Below are positions 48,341 to 62,001 of a stretch of 64,000 bases of DNA, piece after piece. The position numbers and the translations under genes were made by a program. The first letter of the stretch is position 1. Each line of letters starts with the position of its first letter. This stretch comes from Tubiluchus corallicola. Lineage: Eukaryota; Animalia; Priapulida. The DNA lies in the NCBI GenBank assembly GCA_030141605.1, contig JAQGDQ010002376.1:230422-294421 (forward strand), read 5' to 3'. Below the pieces are notes generated by a model, which ran no database searches, was not told where the DNA came from, and was given only the letters and a program-made list of their open reading frames with translations.

Positions 48341-48849
48341 CTAAAAGAAAATATTTAAAATTAATTTAAACAACCAAAATAAATGAATATTTATGTACAA
48401 ATGTACATAAAATGCAGCGGAAATGGCAAAGTATAATTTTAAACACCTGAAATGAAACTCAAGCAATGACTAATGGAACGTTACCTTGCCAGGTGTCATT
48501 CTGTTTTTTCTAAGTCCTGACAATGCAGTCAAATATTAGCAATCACTTTCATGGAATACGTATAATCTTAAAAGTAATCCAATGACATAAAACCAAAATA
48601 AACAAAAAAAACCAACATTTTTCATTTGTCTACTTTTTAATTAAACCTGTAAATGTAGCACAGAAAACAAAGAAAAGATAAATTTCCAGGAAAGTGTGTA
48701 TTCTTACAAGAAATCAATCAAATATCGTAAAAACACAAACAAAGAAAGTAAGAAATAACTAGAGAGTCATTATGTCTGAGATAACAGCACTACGAATGTC
48801 AGAATTTCTTAAATGCATGAAGCATACTAAATTCAAGAAATAATCATAA

Positions 48850-49318
48850 AGAAGTCACAGTGCCCTTTGAATCTCAAAAACTTTTATTTTTCCAGAAGCT
48901 TTCATTCCGTCACGGACTACATGTAAAGTGTAAGTATACAATGACATTAAAATAGAGGATACAAAGTTCATTAAGAAGGCTTTATTTCATGATCTATTCT
49001 AGGCCATACAAGTAGCTTCAGGTATGTTTGTCAGCAGTTTCATTTTGATCTTGATTTTTTTTATTAATTAGAAATTGTAATGTTTTTTCTAAATAAGTTT
49101 TTAATACAGCTTCCCAATGATTTTTTTTTCTATTTTAGTTTTTAATACAGCTTCTTAATGAATTTTGTATCCCTTATTTTAATGCCATTGTATACTTACA
49201 CTTTACATGTAGTTTTATCTATAATTTTTATGATTTTTTAAATTGTTGTATCTCTACCAAGCACAAATGCACCAGGGAAAATAATTTTTTTTGAGACTTA
49301 AAGGGCACTTTGTCTTCT
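48850..49318. repeat. Long imperfect inverted repeat / foldback (MITE-like) element
   Basis: ACTACATGTAAAGTGTAAGTATACAATG.CATTAAAATA..GGATACAAA.TTCATTAAGAAG (48916-48978) is the reverse complement of about 49150-49213; outer arms are AGTGCCCTTT.A.TCTCAAAAA / TTTTTGAGA.TTAAAGGGCACT. Confidence 0.8.
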
Positions 49319-51756
49319 TCAAGCTAAATTTAAGAAAGTTCAATGTTGCGTTAAAATTGTAAGACAGGAGTAAAACCAGTTACTGAGTGAGTAGCACGTT
49401 GGATTAAGGAGTCACCACTAGTGAAGGTGGATCCTAGTGAAGGGGCAGGTAGAGCATCATGAGTGATGACCCCAAAAATTATAATTAAAAAAAACTTTTT
49501 CTTTTTCAGGGAAATCTCAGCCTGAAAGCAGTAATTAGCGAGTTAAAAAGAATCATAATGTTTGTAATCAAACTCCAAACTCATAGATAAATTTTAAATG
49601 TCATCAAATTAGTTGGCTCTCAACTCAATAATAGATTTTTACACATTGAAATGTGATAACCCAATGAATAAATAAATACTAATGATGATGATGATGATGA
49701 TGACAACGACGACGACAACAACAACAATAATAGTTGATTAACTGAACAACAAAAGTGTGAAAAAATTGTGAGTCAACCAGGCAATTAGCAAGTTTACTTT
49801 TATTTCAATTGGTTAAATCTTGTGCAAGTAAAATAAGATACGTACAGAAATCCATGCTAAAAATTAATGATAGTTTAATTAATTAGTTATTAATGTGACA
49901 TTCATTAGTTCTTGAGAGTTTTGGTTGCAAATGCTGCAATTAATTAAATTCATGAGCTCTGCTAAAACATTCAAATTTTCTTATTTCTATGATCAAATTG
50001 ATAGAAAAACAGCAAAGCTGTGTTAACGTAATTTGTGATTGATGAGGCAAATTACTGAAACATTGGCGTGTGGTTAAAAATCAGTCATGGTGATTGTTAA
50101 TTTGACATTTTGTCAAGTTTTCAGAAATTTGAAAAAGAGTTCCAAAAAATGCTTTACAAATAAATAGTTTCAGATACTGAGCTTCTATAAATGGCTTTTG
50201 CATGACAAACCTCCCACACAATTTACTTAAAATTTTACTGAATATCATATACAAACAACTAGTGCTTTAGAAAGAGAAAGGAACAGAGCTACAAGATGTC
50301 CTCTTTCAAAAACATCATACAGTGTGGGTTAAGCAATTGTATAATTCCTTGTCGTTGACTTTTCTCTTGAATATTCTACTAAAAAATATTTTAATGTCCA
50401 ATATAATAATTATTTAAAGCAAACTTATTATTTCTATAGCAGACTTAGTGAAGTATTTGAGACGGGGTAGCAAAAGACAGCGGAGAGCCGTCATTGATTG
50501 TTCAGTACTGCATGGACGTTTATTAGGTACTTTACATAATTTACATACTTTACTCATATACTTGTTCATGCCTTTGTTAATGAGTACAATACTTGTTGGC
50601 ACACACTTTAATTATGTGTAAAACGATAACAATTCCACGATTATGTGTAAAACGTTTTTGCAGGACGTTTGTTTGTCAATTTTAATAACAATATTGCTGC
50701 ACACAGCGCTCACTCGAAAAATTGTGACTACTAACGAGTGTTATTACCACTTACAATGAGCTATTTATTAAGCATAATAATTCCTGTATGCATCATTATA
50801 CATTTTGGTATGCCATTTTGTTATTAGTGTTACGTATCATTGAATGTACATTGCTTTTTGTGACAAATAATAATAAATCTAGAAACAAAGCGGTTTAGCT
50901 TTTACAAAATGCCAATGTATCACCTTAAGAAGCAATTGGTTAAATTAAATTCGGTGTAACTCAAACAGTCTAGAACAGTGTGACAAAAGCTGGCGATAAA
51001 AGCCTGACCTACAGTGCAAAAACAATTACGTGCGTCATCAATTTTACAAATTGTTACACTACTTGACATCAATGACACCTTTGGTAACAGCGTCTCGCCC
51101 AAATTTTCTTACAAAGCGCACGCTACTGAATTCAAGGTGTTATATCAACAATCAACGCACAGTCAAATGGTCGCGAGTTCGAGACACTTGCTGGCTGTTC
51201 TTATATATAGTTTCCCTTTTAGGCTAGCCGGCTTACTGATTGGCATTACAATATCCTGGCGCGTCTATGAGGAAAGGAGGCACCTGAGATGAGCAGTGAA
51301 AGAGCTTATCAGTATGCTAAGACAGGAGCGCCGGCACAGTAAATAAATGAATGGGCCCAATAAATGAAAGAGGCCAGCGATAAAGTAGTAAAAATTGCAC
51401 GAACACGTACGCATGTTTAACACAAAAAACATAATGCCTTATTGTTGCTTAGCAACTATTTTTGTTTTTAATGTTCTTGTTTCACACCGGTATATACTGT
51501 TTTAACACTTCTTATGTAATTTCCTGCTGATAATACCGCTAGAGTGAAAGCTTCTGAAATAATATAATGCTAGAAATGAGAGGTATAAGTTTTGCAAAAA
51601 AAAAATGGCAAAATGGCCATTTTTGGAGGCTTTTCGCCCCCGTTCCTCCCCTATATACCACTGAAATTATATATATGGTCATTGAGACTATAATGGGCAT
51701 TATGTTTTTTATGTTAAAGATGACAAGTCCCATATTTTAAACGTATGGATACTTAC

Positions 51757-51873
51757 CATTCGTAGTATATGGATGTAAATTATAAAAAAAAACTGTAGTA
51801 GTACAGTAGACGCTAAAAACCGTCTAAATTTCAATAGTATGTGTAAGAATAGGACGCAAAAATTTTTTGACAT
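51757..51873 (-). CDS. FBXW7: Candidate alternative first coding exon of FBXW7 (hydrophobic, beta-like)
   Basis: ATG-initiated 39 codons MSKNFCVLFLHILLKFRRFLASTVLLQFFFIIYIHILRM ending at ATG|GTAAGT; phase 0 matches the common-exon acceptor at 48340. Confidence 0.45.
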
Positions 51874-53232
51874 AGTATTCATTTTGTCAACACGTTACAT
51901 CAACGCATGCCTACATGCCTATAATATAACAGCAGCACATTACTTGAAGTTTTCCAAACGCTAGACGGATATGGGTAACACAAAATTAACAGACATTACG
52001 TCGTCGTCGATAATGGTAGAGACACTGAACAGTAATGAATGAATCTCTATTATTAACTCCCTACATAGGCAGATTTTGATGAAAACAAAAAAAGGAAGCA
52101 ATTCCTTAGATGGATCAAAAGTGAAGCCAAAAAAAATATTAGCGAATAAAGAAAAGGCACAGTATAAATAGAAATACATGTGTGTCGAAAAAAACTTCAT
52201 AAAGTAAACAAGAGCTATGAATTACAATCGTCATAATCACTGGCTATTTAATTGACACGTTTTTCCTCATGAAGTGCACAAAGGAGTTGCAGAAGACTAG
52301 TAACCAAAAAGGCTAAAAAATGGGCTAGTAATGTAAGAACAACTGACAGAGAAAAACAGCGAAAAAAAGATAATATGGGACACAAGGGGGAAGGATAGAA
52401 CATATTGTCATCATCGCTATCGTCATCGTCATGGTCACCATCATCATCATCGCATTGCCTCAACTTGTATTTTTATGATATTATACAATACATTGAATAC
52501 CATCACTACTATACAAAACTACTAATGTACAACCCCAGTACAAGTATGGTTAGATTTGCTTTTGTGAACAACTGATTTAAAGCAACAAACAATTTAAAAG
52601 CAGCAAAGTAAGAGAAGTAAGTGAGTTTACTTTATGTCAATTTACATTACATACGAATATGAGTATTAGCTTATAATGTATAAAGAAAATCTACTTAATA
52701 AGAGGTTGTTCCGTAAAGTTAAACAGATATTTCATATTACAAAAGTGAAGATACATGGGATCATTACCAACAATATCTCTTGCTTCTTCATTTGAAAATG
52801 TGAACATCTTTACTCTCTTTATAATAATTACACAAGTCGAAGGACGGAGAAGCACTGATTAGTTTCACTGTTAAATCAATATTCATTAAATGATAAATAA
52901 ACAACACATGCCATGATGCCCGTACATCTTTATTGAACTGCACAGCAATTTGTAACTGATAAATCAATTTTTTGTAAAAAAAAACCTTGCCGCTATTTAG
53001 GAAGATTTACCGCTATTCCGTCTTTCTTGATAACTGAGGAGGACAGACCAAGAAAAAGAGAAAGAGAAACGGAAAAGAGCCAGAGAATGAAAAAGACACA
53101 GAAATAGGATCGCGAGAGAGAGAAAGAGACAGATCGTCGTTTGCTCCGAGTGTGTTCGGAATCAGACCAGCCGCCAATCAATACTTAATCAAAGGCCAAA
53201 AACAACAGTGCAATGTGATTAATCAACCTTAC

Positions 53233-53295
53233 CTTGGGAGTAAAAATCAGCGTGACACGAGGTTTGCAAGATGGAGCATCATCCAGTACCCACAT
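53233..53295 (-). CDS. FBXW7: Candidate alternative first coding exon of FBXW7
   Basis: MWVLDDAPSCKPRVTLIFTPK ending AAG|GTAAGG, phase 0; in-frame stop upstream; GC-rich promoter-like patch at 53470-53560. Confidence 0.55.
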
Positions 53296-56070
53296 TCTCT
53301 CCCGACCACCGCTCCACAGCTTCTGGCCGTGACTTTTCACAAACCAGTATAATTTTGACGCTCTTGATGAAATTATAGTGCTAGAAATTAGTTTTCAGTC
53401 TGAATGTGTGCCATTCATGGCAAGACAAAACGCCTTTATACTGGTGTGACTGAGACAGGACTGTTATTCCGCTGCGGGCGTTTGCATTGCGCCCGGGGGG
53501 TGGAGGGGCGCAGCGCACCCACTTGCATGTAAAGGGTAATAGCACGGCCCGTAATGACGCCCACATAATGCTAGCATGTGCAACGGGCTAGTACCTGACG
53601 GCAAAGTAGGGACACTGTGAGCATTCACATACACTAAGTGCAGGCATACAAATACAAATAACACGCAATTGCTAGAAATTATTCAACTGCAGCACCTAAT
53701 TACTGGGATTCTTGCTTTGAATGCTTTTAATGTGAAACATTTCTAAGTTCCAACATGCTAGAAGCTTTAAGTCTGAAAGTCGCTTCAGCAAATTTTCTTG
53801 AATAAACTGAGCAGGTGAACGTACATCAGTATGCAAGCTTCAGGGATATTAAAAATAAAAAATCTATCTATCTAACCAATGAAAAGTCACAATAGGATCG
53901 ACCAGAGAGCAGCTAGTCCAAGGTCTGTACTAAAAGGCGGCAGGCAAACTAACGTCTATCAAATACCAAAAAGAAAGAAATCTGTTAATAAAAATTAAAG
54001 ACAATTTCCATTTTCCAATCACCCGAATACTTATTAAGAATAACGACTGGGCTGCTTCAAGGAGATAGCCTGCCCCACCCCGCCTCAAGGATAATAAGCA
54101 GAACTTGTGTAATCAGTGCTAAACTGTGCAGCGTCTATCTTCATCTAGTAAATCTGGCACTAAAGACATATTGAGAACAACTCAGCAAAGTTTTTCTCCT
54201 ATCAAGATGTTCCACGCCAGTAAGATGCGCTCAAGGCCGCTCTGCGCCGACAAGGCAAGCTGTGTTTCTCGACCACAGCCAGGGCACTTAATTGCCTGTA
54301 TAATATGCTGTAATACAATAAAAACTGTCATAATAACACAAAGCAGCGTTTTCGCATACAATACTCGCTTGTTTTGAGCGCCGTTTTTATGCAAAGTAAA
54401 CAGTTTAATGCAGAGAACGGCCGCCTGATCAGATGTCAATCACTCACGCACGCATATGCGTGAGAAAACTCTCAGCGGACTGTGCGCTTGTGAGCATTGA
54501 GCACGCAGTAAATGAAAATCATTCTCAGCATGCGTGCACGGTCAAATTGCAAATTGAAAAACCGTTCACACTAGTAACCAATCTTCATTAAAGCTAACAT
54601 TAATCGATTTATTAATTAATTAATTAACTGTGCGCGATAAGTTGACTAACACATCTTGCCTGCGTGGCATTAATTGAACTATATATATTACGTAATAAAT
54701 ATATGCATTACTAAGTTATAATTACTGTTGTCACCATAAACTAGTACCAATAATATAAAAGTTATGTGTGACTAGTGCAAACGTGATTGAAAGCAAACAA
54801 AGACAACGACAACAACAAACATTAGCCAGTGCATGGACATTAAGAGAGATCGTATCTTAGAGCCAACTGTTAATTTTTTAGTTTTTTAATAGGCTAGCTA
54901 TTAGACATTTATAGCTTATTATGATTAGACAAACGATTATGATTAACAATTGTTTAAAATGACATTATATTTAACAAATTCGTATAATTGAAATTATTAA
55001 TTACATGCATACAGTATCCCGAACATGTAAGAGCTGCGACTAAGTTTTTTTTCACTGCTAGTTCCAATTGTCTGATAAAACAACAATTATTTTTAATTAA
55101 TAGCCTTGAGTAACAACATAAAAGTAAAATACCGATTAAAAATTAATTAGCAAATTTAGTTTATTTGAATAATGAAAATGTGATTACTTCATATTGGAAA
55201 CCAAATATCTGTATGAAAAGTAGCAACTGAAAACAACAGCCTGGACAACTTCACTTAAAGATTCGCAAAATAAAATTAAACTACCGACGATAATGCTCAC
55301 TCATTCAATGTCAAGTTTTCAAAAAAAAGAACAACAATAACAACGTCTTTATAAATTATTCACTTACAATGTCAATGACAGCTTGGATTGTAACCAACAC
55401 TGAACATACAAAAAACATCACAACTACGCAACGCGTCGGACATTTTAGTTACATACGTAATTTTGACAAGAGGCAGCAGGTCTGCTTGCAGAAAAAGTGA
55501 AATTAGGTAAGGGGGTCATGCAACTCAACACGCCTTTATGGGTATTTGTCGATAACCGCGAACAATCAAAACGCAGGCAGTTGTCATTCACAAAATCAAT
55601 TCCTATATCAATAGGATCTGATCACAGCAAACTGTAATCTGCTAAATTTCGTGGATGAATAAAAAGTACAACGCATTAGTTAGGGCAGAATGTTCGTAAC
55701 AGTTTGCAAGTTACGTGTATTGTTATTTAATGCAACAAATCAAGCACTCATTTAATCAATTAGTGAATAATCAATTCTAATCACTAACAGCTGTCATTCC
55801 TGGCTACCATAAATTTGTATATTTAAAAAACTGTATTCGCTTTCACAGATTTATAAGATTATTAGATCCACATAATTACATACATTTGAACAACAATGAT
55901 ACTGTATAATTAAATCAGAGCTTTAAAAAGCAAGTATGTAAGTGAGGTACTTGAGAAGTAAACATACTTGTGTAAAGCATTGTGGATATGTGAAGAAAGG
56001 AAGAAAAAGTATGAAAAAACATTGAAAGCATAGGCAAGAAAGCAGATGAAGATAGATAGAGAGACACACA

Positions 56071-56128
56071 GAGTTAAAAACAGTACTGTGAGTTAAAAAC
56101 AGTACTGTGAGTTAAAAACAGTATTGTG
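56071..56128. repeat. 19-bp tandem repeat x3
   Basis: GAGTTAAAAACAGTA(C/T)TGT repeated three times. Confidence 0.9.
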
Positions 56129-59100
56129 AAACTCTACCTATTTACATTGTTTATGTATTTTGACATAGTATATTACTAATTCATTAGCATTTAAAAATTT
56201 ATTCAATTTTTTTTTTGTATATTGTGCGAGTGTGTTATAATAAGGCTAACGTTGCATACTTTTCTGCACTAGTTCACTAACGTGACTGTATTGTTTGTGC
56301 TAAACATATACGAATAAATGGTAAATAAAAACATGTATACACAATCAATGTGCTAACATCAGTTCAACAAAACATAAGATTCACATACAAGATCACTAGA
56401 CATTAAAAAAATTGTGATCATGCAAGATAAACAAGCAACCGAATGCTTCAAAGTTTGAAAATGGTATTTTATTATGAAAAAACTTTAGCAAATTTTGAAT
56501 TAAAAAAGTACCAAAAACTAATATATGTTAGTACATATACACATTTTAATATATCACATCCATTGCAGGGCTTATGAACTCAAGAATGGCATAGTTAAAT
56601 ATATATCCAACATGGTTTTGGAAATGTTAAAAAATGAACTCTGACATATCATAATCTAGCACAAAACATTTTAACCTCTGCATTAAGCGGGGTTAAATAT
56701 TTCTAGATTTTAGCTCGAGGGCAAAACCCAATTACCTGACAAAGGCACACGTGCTTTGTGTACAACTTGTGTCACTTTCTCCTAAAGCTGAGCAAAAGTC
56801 TCATACTTATCAATTTTGTAATGTTCACGAATAAAATAATCAGAATAATTTAAATTCTTCTTAAAAATGAAATTTCTGCTATTTTTGCAAGTAGAAAAAA
56901 TATTGTTGTGTCAGGTGGTGCAAAAAAGTGCGAATTTTTGATTACAATATTATCGTAAGAAAATAACATAGCACAGCATGTTTGCAGCACAACAAATGTG
57001 AAAAGCAATACGAAACTATGTATGTCTCGCGGTAATCACAAAAACATACAAACGCACAGTTCTCATAAAGACATTTAGACTGAGGATAGCAAAGTGACCA
57101 AAGGCCACCAGTTTATTCTGCCTTGAGCACCAAACAGGCCGAAACAGCCCATGTTAAATACCAAAATTAATATACTGTGCATTCACTGCACTGTTAACAT
57201 AAGCATTTTTTTAAACAAAAGCAAATTTATATAGCACATTTTAACAAAAGAGTGAAATAGTGATTATAAACACGTGATAAATATTCCGACTAAAATTATG
57301 CACCTTCAAAAATGGGGGAGATGAAATTGGTGAACGTGAAATTCAATGTCCTTGTATGTGGCACAACTAAATACATGTGGACATATAAGACACTAACAGT
57401 AGTATAGCTAATAGGGGAGTAAGGGGAACCACTGCTTCCCCAAGCACATATTTCAAAATTGGAGCCTTTTGAAATTTTTTAACTATTTAGTTCTCTTGTG
57501 CGATAAAAGTTGAATCTTTTTTTTTACATGTAAAATCAAAGTAATTAAATAACACACATTTTAGTATATTTTGAGATTTATGAGCTTACTATAAAACTTT
57601 TCATTGTGTTTTAATTTTAAATATAACACAATAGTTATGTACTTTAGAACTACATTTTCCTCATGTTTTGATTTTAAATACAAACCAAAAATGTATAATT
57701 AATGCGTTAAAAAATGTTTGGTAAATGTGACGGTGCCTTTTTTATGTGCTTGCTACTTCTAATTCTATGACCTGGCTACGCTCTTGAACACTAGTATGTA
57801 GTCAAAATGTTTGGAAATCATTATAAAGCTCTTTTTAGATGACTGATGTAATTTACACGGCTGCTGGGTACAAGACTTGGTGTGATCTAGGGCTGTTAAA
57901 CGATAGAGTAGTGTAAAGCCCGGAAACAAAACAACTAAGTTCTGCAACAACTAAGTTCTGATAAGCTTGTTTTACTTCTCCAAAATCCAAATTTTTGACA
58001 CCTTCACTGAATATGGTGATTCCTGAGAAGTGGGTAGAACTAGTTCCTGATTTTTCATTCACAGTTTAACTATCCAGTTTCAGCGAGTCATACAATGAGC
58101 AAATACTTGCATATGAAAAAACGAAATTAGTTAGGGTACAGACCTTTACAATTTTCATAAATACTCACAAACTTGCAGCTACAGTTAACAACTTTATGCC
58201 ACTTAATGACAATTTGCAATCTTAACACTTCTACAGTAAATGATGAACAGCATGGCCAAGCATCTTAACAACGTACCAACATAAGGCATTAAACAAATGT
58301 TTGGTCATGGTGAACATTCATGTATAATGTTGGAACAGTTGACCTCAATCACTTATGCATACCTCTGATCTCATGTATTCATTTACCTGAGCATTGTCTC
58401 GACAACGACTAGGAAAGCAACGTGGATGGAAATTGATCACATTAACTGCTACATGTGCGGCAAATAAACATATCAATTTAGTTAGGTGAATAACTTCCCT
58501 AAGTTCTAAAATCTTTGTTTTACAAATGTATAATGAGTTGCTACTATATCTTAATTAAATACTGATAACTTGTGTATCTTTAAAGATGAGAGAAGGTGAC
58601 AACACATCACATCATTATCAGCTTGAAAAACATCCAACTACTGTTGAATGTTATGTCATTCAAATAAAGTTCAGTTGGCTAGCTTATCGTTTTTGAACAG
58701 TTATTTACTGCCTTTATAAGCATCAAAAACACAAAAGTTAAAACTTGAAAGCTAACTAAATCCGTGCATGTGCATGTCCTAGACTTCAGCACAATTTATC
58801 AAAAAATACCTGTTATGGTAAACTTCATAGACTGGGAATATGGCCTTCAATTGCCAACAGTATGTTAACTGATTCTACATGTACATTCTCATTCTTACTT
58901 ATACAGTGCTTTTCTATAGTGCTCAGATATAATCATCTGTCAGTAGCCTGTGTCACACCTCGTTACCAATCCTAACCTCACAGCCCATATTTTCCATGTA
59001 TTCTGCCATACTTCACTTGGCTTTTCAACAACATTATTTCTAGGTTATCTCATTCATCGGTGGGATGTGGTTATGTCTGTGAGTTCAGTAAACAATACCA

Positions 59101-59576
59101 CATACGATCCTTTCATTTTTTACACACTTCACCACACTGCAAGTCATAATCGCAAGCGCTCACTTACCAACACGTGTACTCAAGAAACAATGGTTGTGGT
59201 AGGACGAAAACCTAGCTCATTATCACAGGTAACTCTCTAAGACAAGCCATCATCAACAGTAGGGACATCCGAGTGATGACGTACATCTTCTATGAGGTAT
59301 ATCCAGCCACAACCAATAAGATGCATAAAACTTACACAAGTATTGAACCCAGACAGTCAAGAAATATTCACAAGTGACCACTTGGCTATGCAGCTTGCCC
59401 CAAAATACAGTGCATTAGTTTGAATGCACAACAAGATGTAATCATCTACATGTATTAGATCAATTTTCCATATTTTTATACGCTTATTTCAGTGCAGAAA
59501 GCAAACAACAAAATCTCTTACCAATTTGCGCTGCCTGATTATCTTGGTGCAGAAAGCAAACAACAAAATCACTTAC

Positions 59577-59822
59577 CAATTTGCGCTGCCTGATTTTTTC
59601 TGTATGTTCATCGACTATAGTGTTCTGTTTAGCTGCCGCTATTTCATCAGCTTCTATGTCGCTTATGTCACTCTGCTCTCTCTCGCCAATACTATTATCA
59701 TTATCATCGCCATCATCATCATCAGTATCACTGTCTCCGTTGTCTGAGGCGCAAGTAGTAGCCATTGTGTTCTTAAGGTGTAATAAAGTCACTGCACTGG
59801 TGGTTTCCAAAAGTGGCGTTGT
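59577..59822 (-). CDS. FBXW7: Acidic 5' exon (82 codons), probably of the long FBXW7 isoform
   Basis: TTTTTACAG|ACA...TTG|GTAAGT, phase 0/0; encodes SDNGDSDTDDDDGDDNDNSIGEREQSDISDIEADE...IRQRKL, acidic like the Fbw7-alpha N-terminus. Confidence 0.7.
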
Positions 59823-61186
59823 CTGTAAAAAACGACAATTGTATATTACAATCACACAAAGGACCAGCTATATAATGTAAAAATGCCTGTGGAGACAATG
59901 TCACAAGCAAAATATAACTATCATATGTTTATGGTTTAATACATTTAGAGGCTTAATTGATATTTTTCTAAGCAGAGCTCAAGATGCGGACGGTACAGTT
60001 ACAATTCTTACTGACCTAATGGCCAATAAGACTTGTCTGAAAAACATAATAAAATTCCTAACAACATTTTTCTAACACATGGGTTTCTGCTGAAGCACTC
60101 GTGTGAACGATGGCACAAAATCTTTATCACAAGAGTGCAAACCACGTCCTCAAAGAAATGATAAAAAAATTGGACAATCATGGCATGCTAACAATTTTAG
60201 CTGAATGCCCACAACAAAAGTTGATAAGCAGGATACATTACAATTTTTTGCTGGGCAGCAAAAACTAACCAGCAGCACCGTCAGACGGCTGTGGTACTGG
60301 ACTGATAGTATTAAAAGCATCGGATTAGATCTCCAGAAGACTATTGTAGATGTTACTATTTTAAAAGATTGTTTAACTAAAGTTTGAAATTAGCTCCCAC
60401 AAACTAATACTTAAAAATTCAAGGAACCCAATTATGGCATGTGCCTATGTGTGCACGAATAGGCATGAAATGCAAATCTTGGAACACTGAGCTATTACAT
60501 ACAGGATCAGTATTAAGTTCATTAAACCAAGAACATCTTTAAAAGTGAACTGATTAACAAATTAATAAATCAATGCAGCATTAATTATATCATAAGCAAA
60601 CCGGAGCATTCTCTTGGCATATTCTGCATGGCTATTCTAAAGCAATGACTGATTGAGAGTGCTTCAAATGAAGTATAACTTGACATAACTGCTTCATGTT
60701 TGTGACAGCACTCATAATGAAAGATGGAGAAGCTTTCGGTGGTTAGTAATAATAACCATGGTGGATAATACTTTTTCTTCACATCACATGCAACTGCTAA
60801 ATCTCAGTAAGTGCGTAAAGTTATGATCACGATAAATATCTTGTAAGCCGTTCAAGCAACAATATGGTAACGAAAAGATAAATAAGGTTCTAAGCCTAAT
60901 GTGTGCCTATAAAACCAATTCTGCATTAAGGCAAGTAGAAATCAGCATTTAGCATGCTTTACGAGTTTTGCGGTTTAACTTCAGTCTCCATGGTGCTCCA
61001 TCAGTGAAGATGTTAGCTAGCTGTTAGCTGCCCGAGTGACGCTTCACTCCTTCATTTCTTTAATAAGAAAATGATTTTAAAACTAAATAAATTTTGTCAC
61101 CATCTCATTATATTATCATCACTATCATCATCGTTATCATCAGCTAATCCTTAACAGTCACCATTGATGATGATCATTTTACTCAC

Positions 61187-61376
61187 ACATGCAGATGGTG
61201 ACGGTGTGTCAGTGCATTCAGGCGGAACATCATCTTCTTCGTCAGCCACCTCTTTTAAGTGTTGATTTGGATGACTAGTAGACGGTTTCTCTTTTCCAGG
61301 ACTACCATGGTCCATCTCTTTACCTGTGCGTTCTAGGGCCAACCACTGTTTAGTTCTAGCAGAACTACGAGTCTCA
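61187..61376 (-). CDS. FBXW7: Disordered linker exon, probably of the long FBXW7 isoform
   Basis: CATCTTTCCAG|T GAG...TGT|GTGAGT, phase 2/0, open frame ETRSSARTKQWLALERTGKEMDHGSPGKEKP...TPSPSAC. Confidence 0.7.
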
Positions 61377-62001
61377 CTGGAAAGATGAAAGCTTAGCTAC
61401 TAGACATTCTACATCAAATCATTATCACCAAACAAACCAATTTTATAACAGTAACAAACCAACCTTAGAAAGTTTTTTAGAATGTTGCCAATTAAACCGC
61501 TGACAAAAAATCTGTTTGTTTCACAAAGCACATGCACGCACACACGCACGCATGCATACACACACACACACACACACACATGCTCATACATGCATGCGCA
61601 CACACATGATAAAACAATTGTCCGCACTTCAAAAAACATAAAAAGGGCCAGAAACTGACAGGACCAGGAAAAAGTGAGAAGAAATTTTCGAGATAATACC
61701 TAGCTCAGTTTTTGATCAGTTTGTCAGTCACAGTTATTAACCTTTTGTAGCACAATGGTTGAGACAGCGAGTGTCCAACATGCTCTTGAGAGCACCAACA
61801 TAGCATTATATGATGCCATTTTAGCCAATTTCAAGGGTACTCTCAATGAAACACTTAAGAAGTGTAGGCTATCTGAGATCTCCTCTTAGTTAGTAGATTC
61901 CTCAAAAAGCTCTCTCAACCTGCAGTCGAGCTGAGACAGATTCTATCCCATTAAACAGAAAAGGCTTTTTCTTAAGAATGGTTGGGTTAAGAACTACTCA
62001 C

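Noticed and set aside
59168-59325. Segment ending in G|GTAAGT downstream of the acidic exon
   Set aside because: The frames examined are interrupted by stops; no supportable coding exon.
60964-61057. Exon-like segment between the HhH-chain exons
   Set aside because: Stops in all three minus-strand frames and a weak donor.
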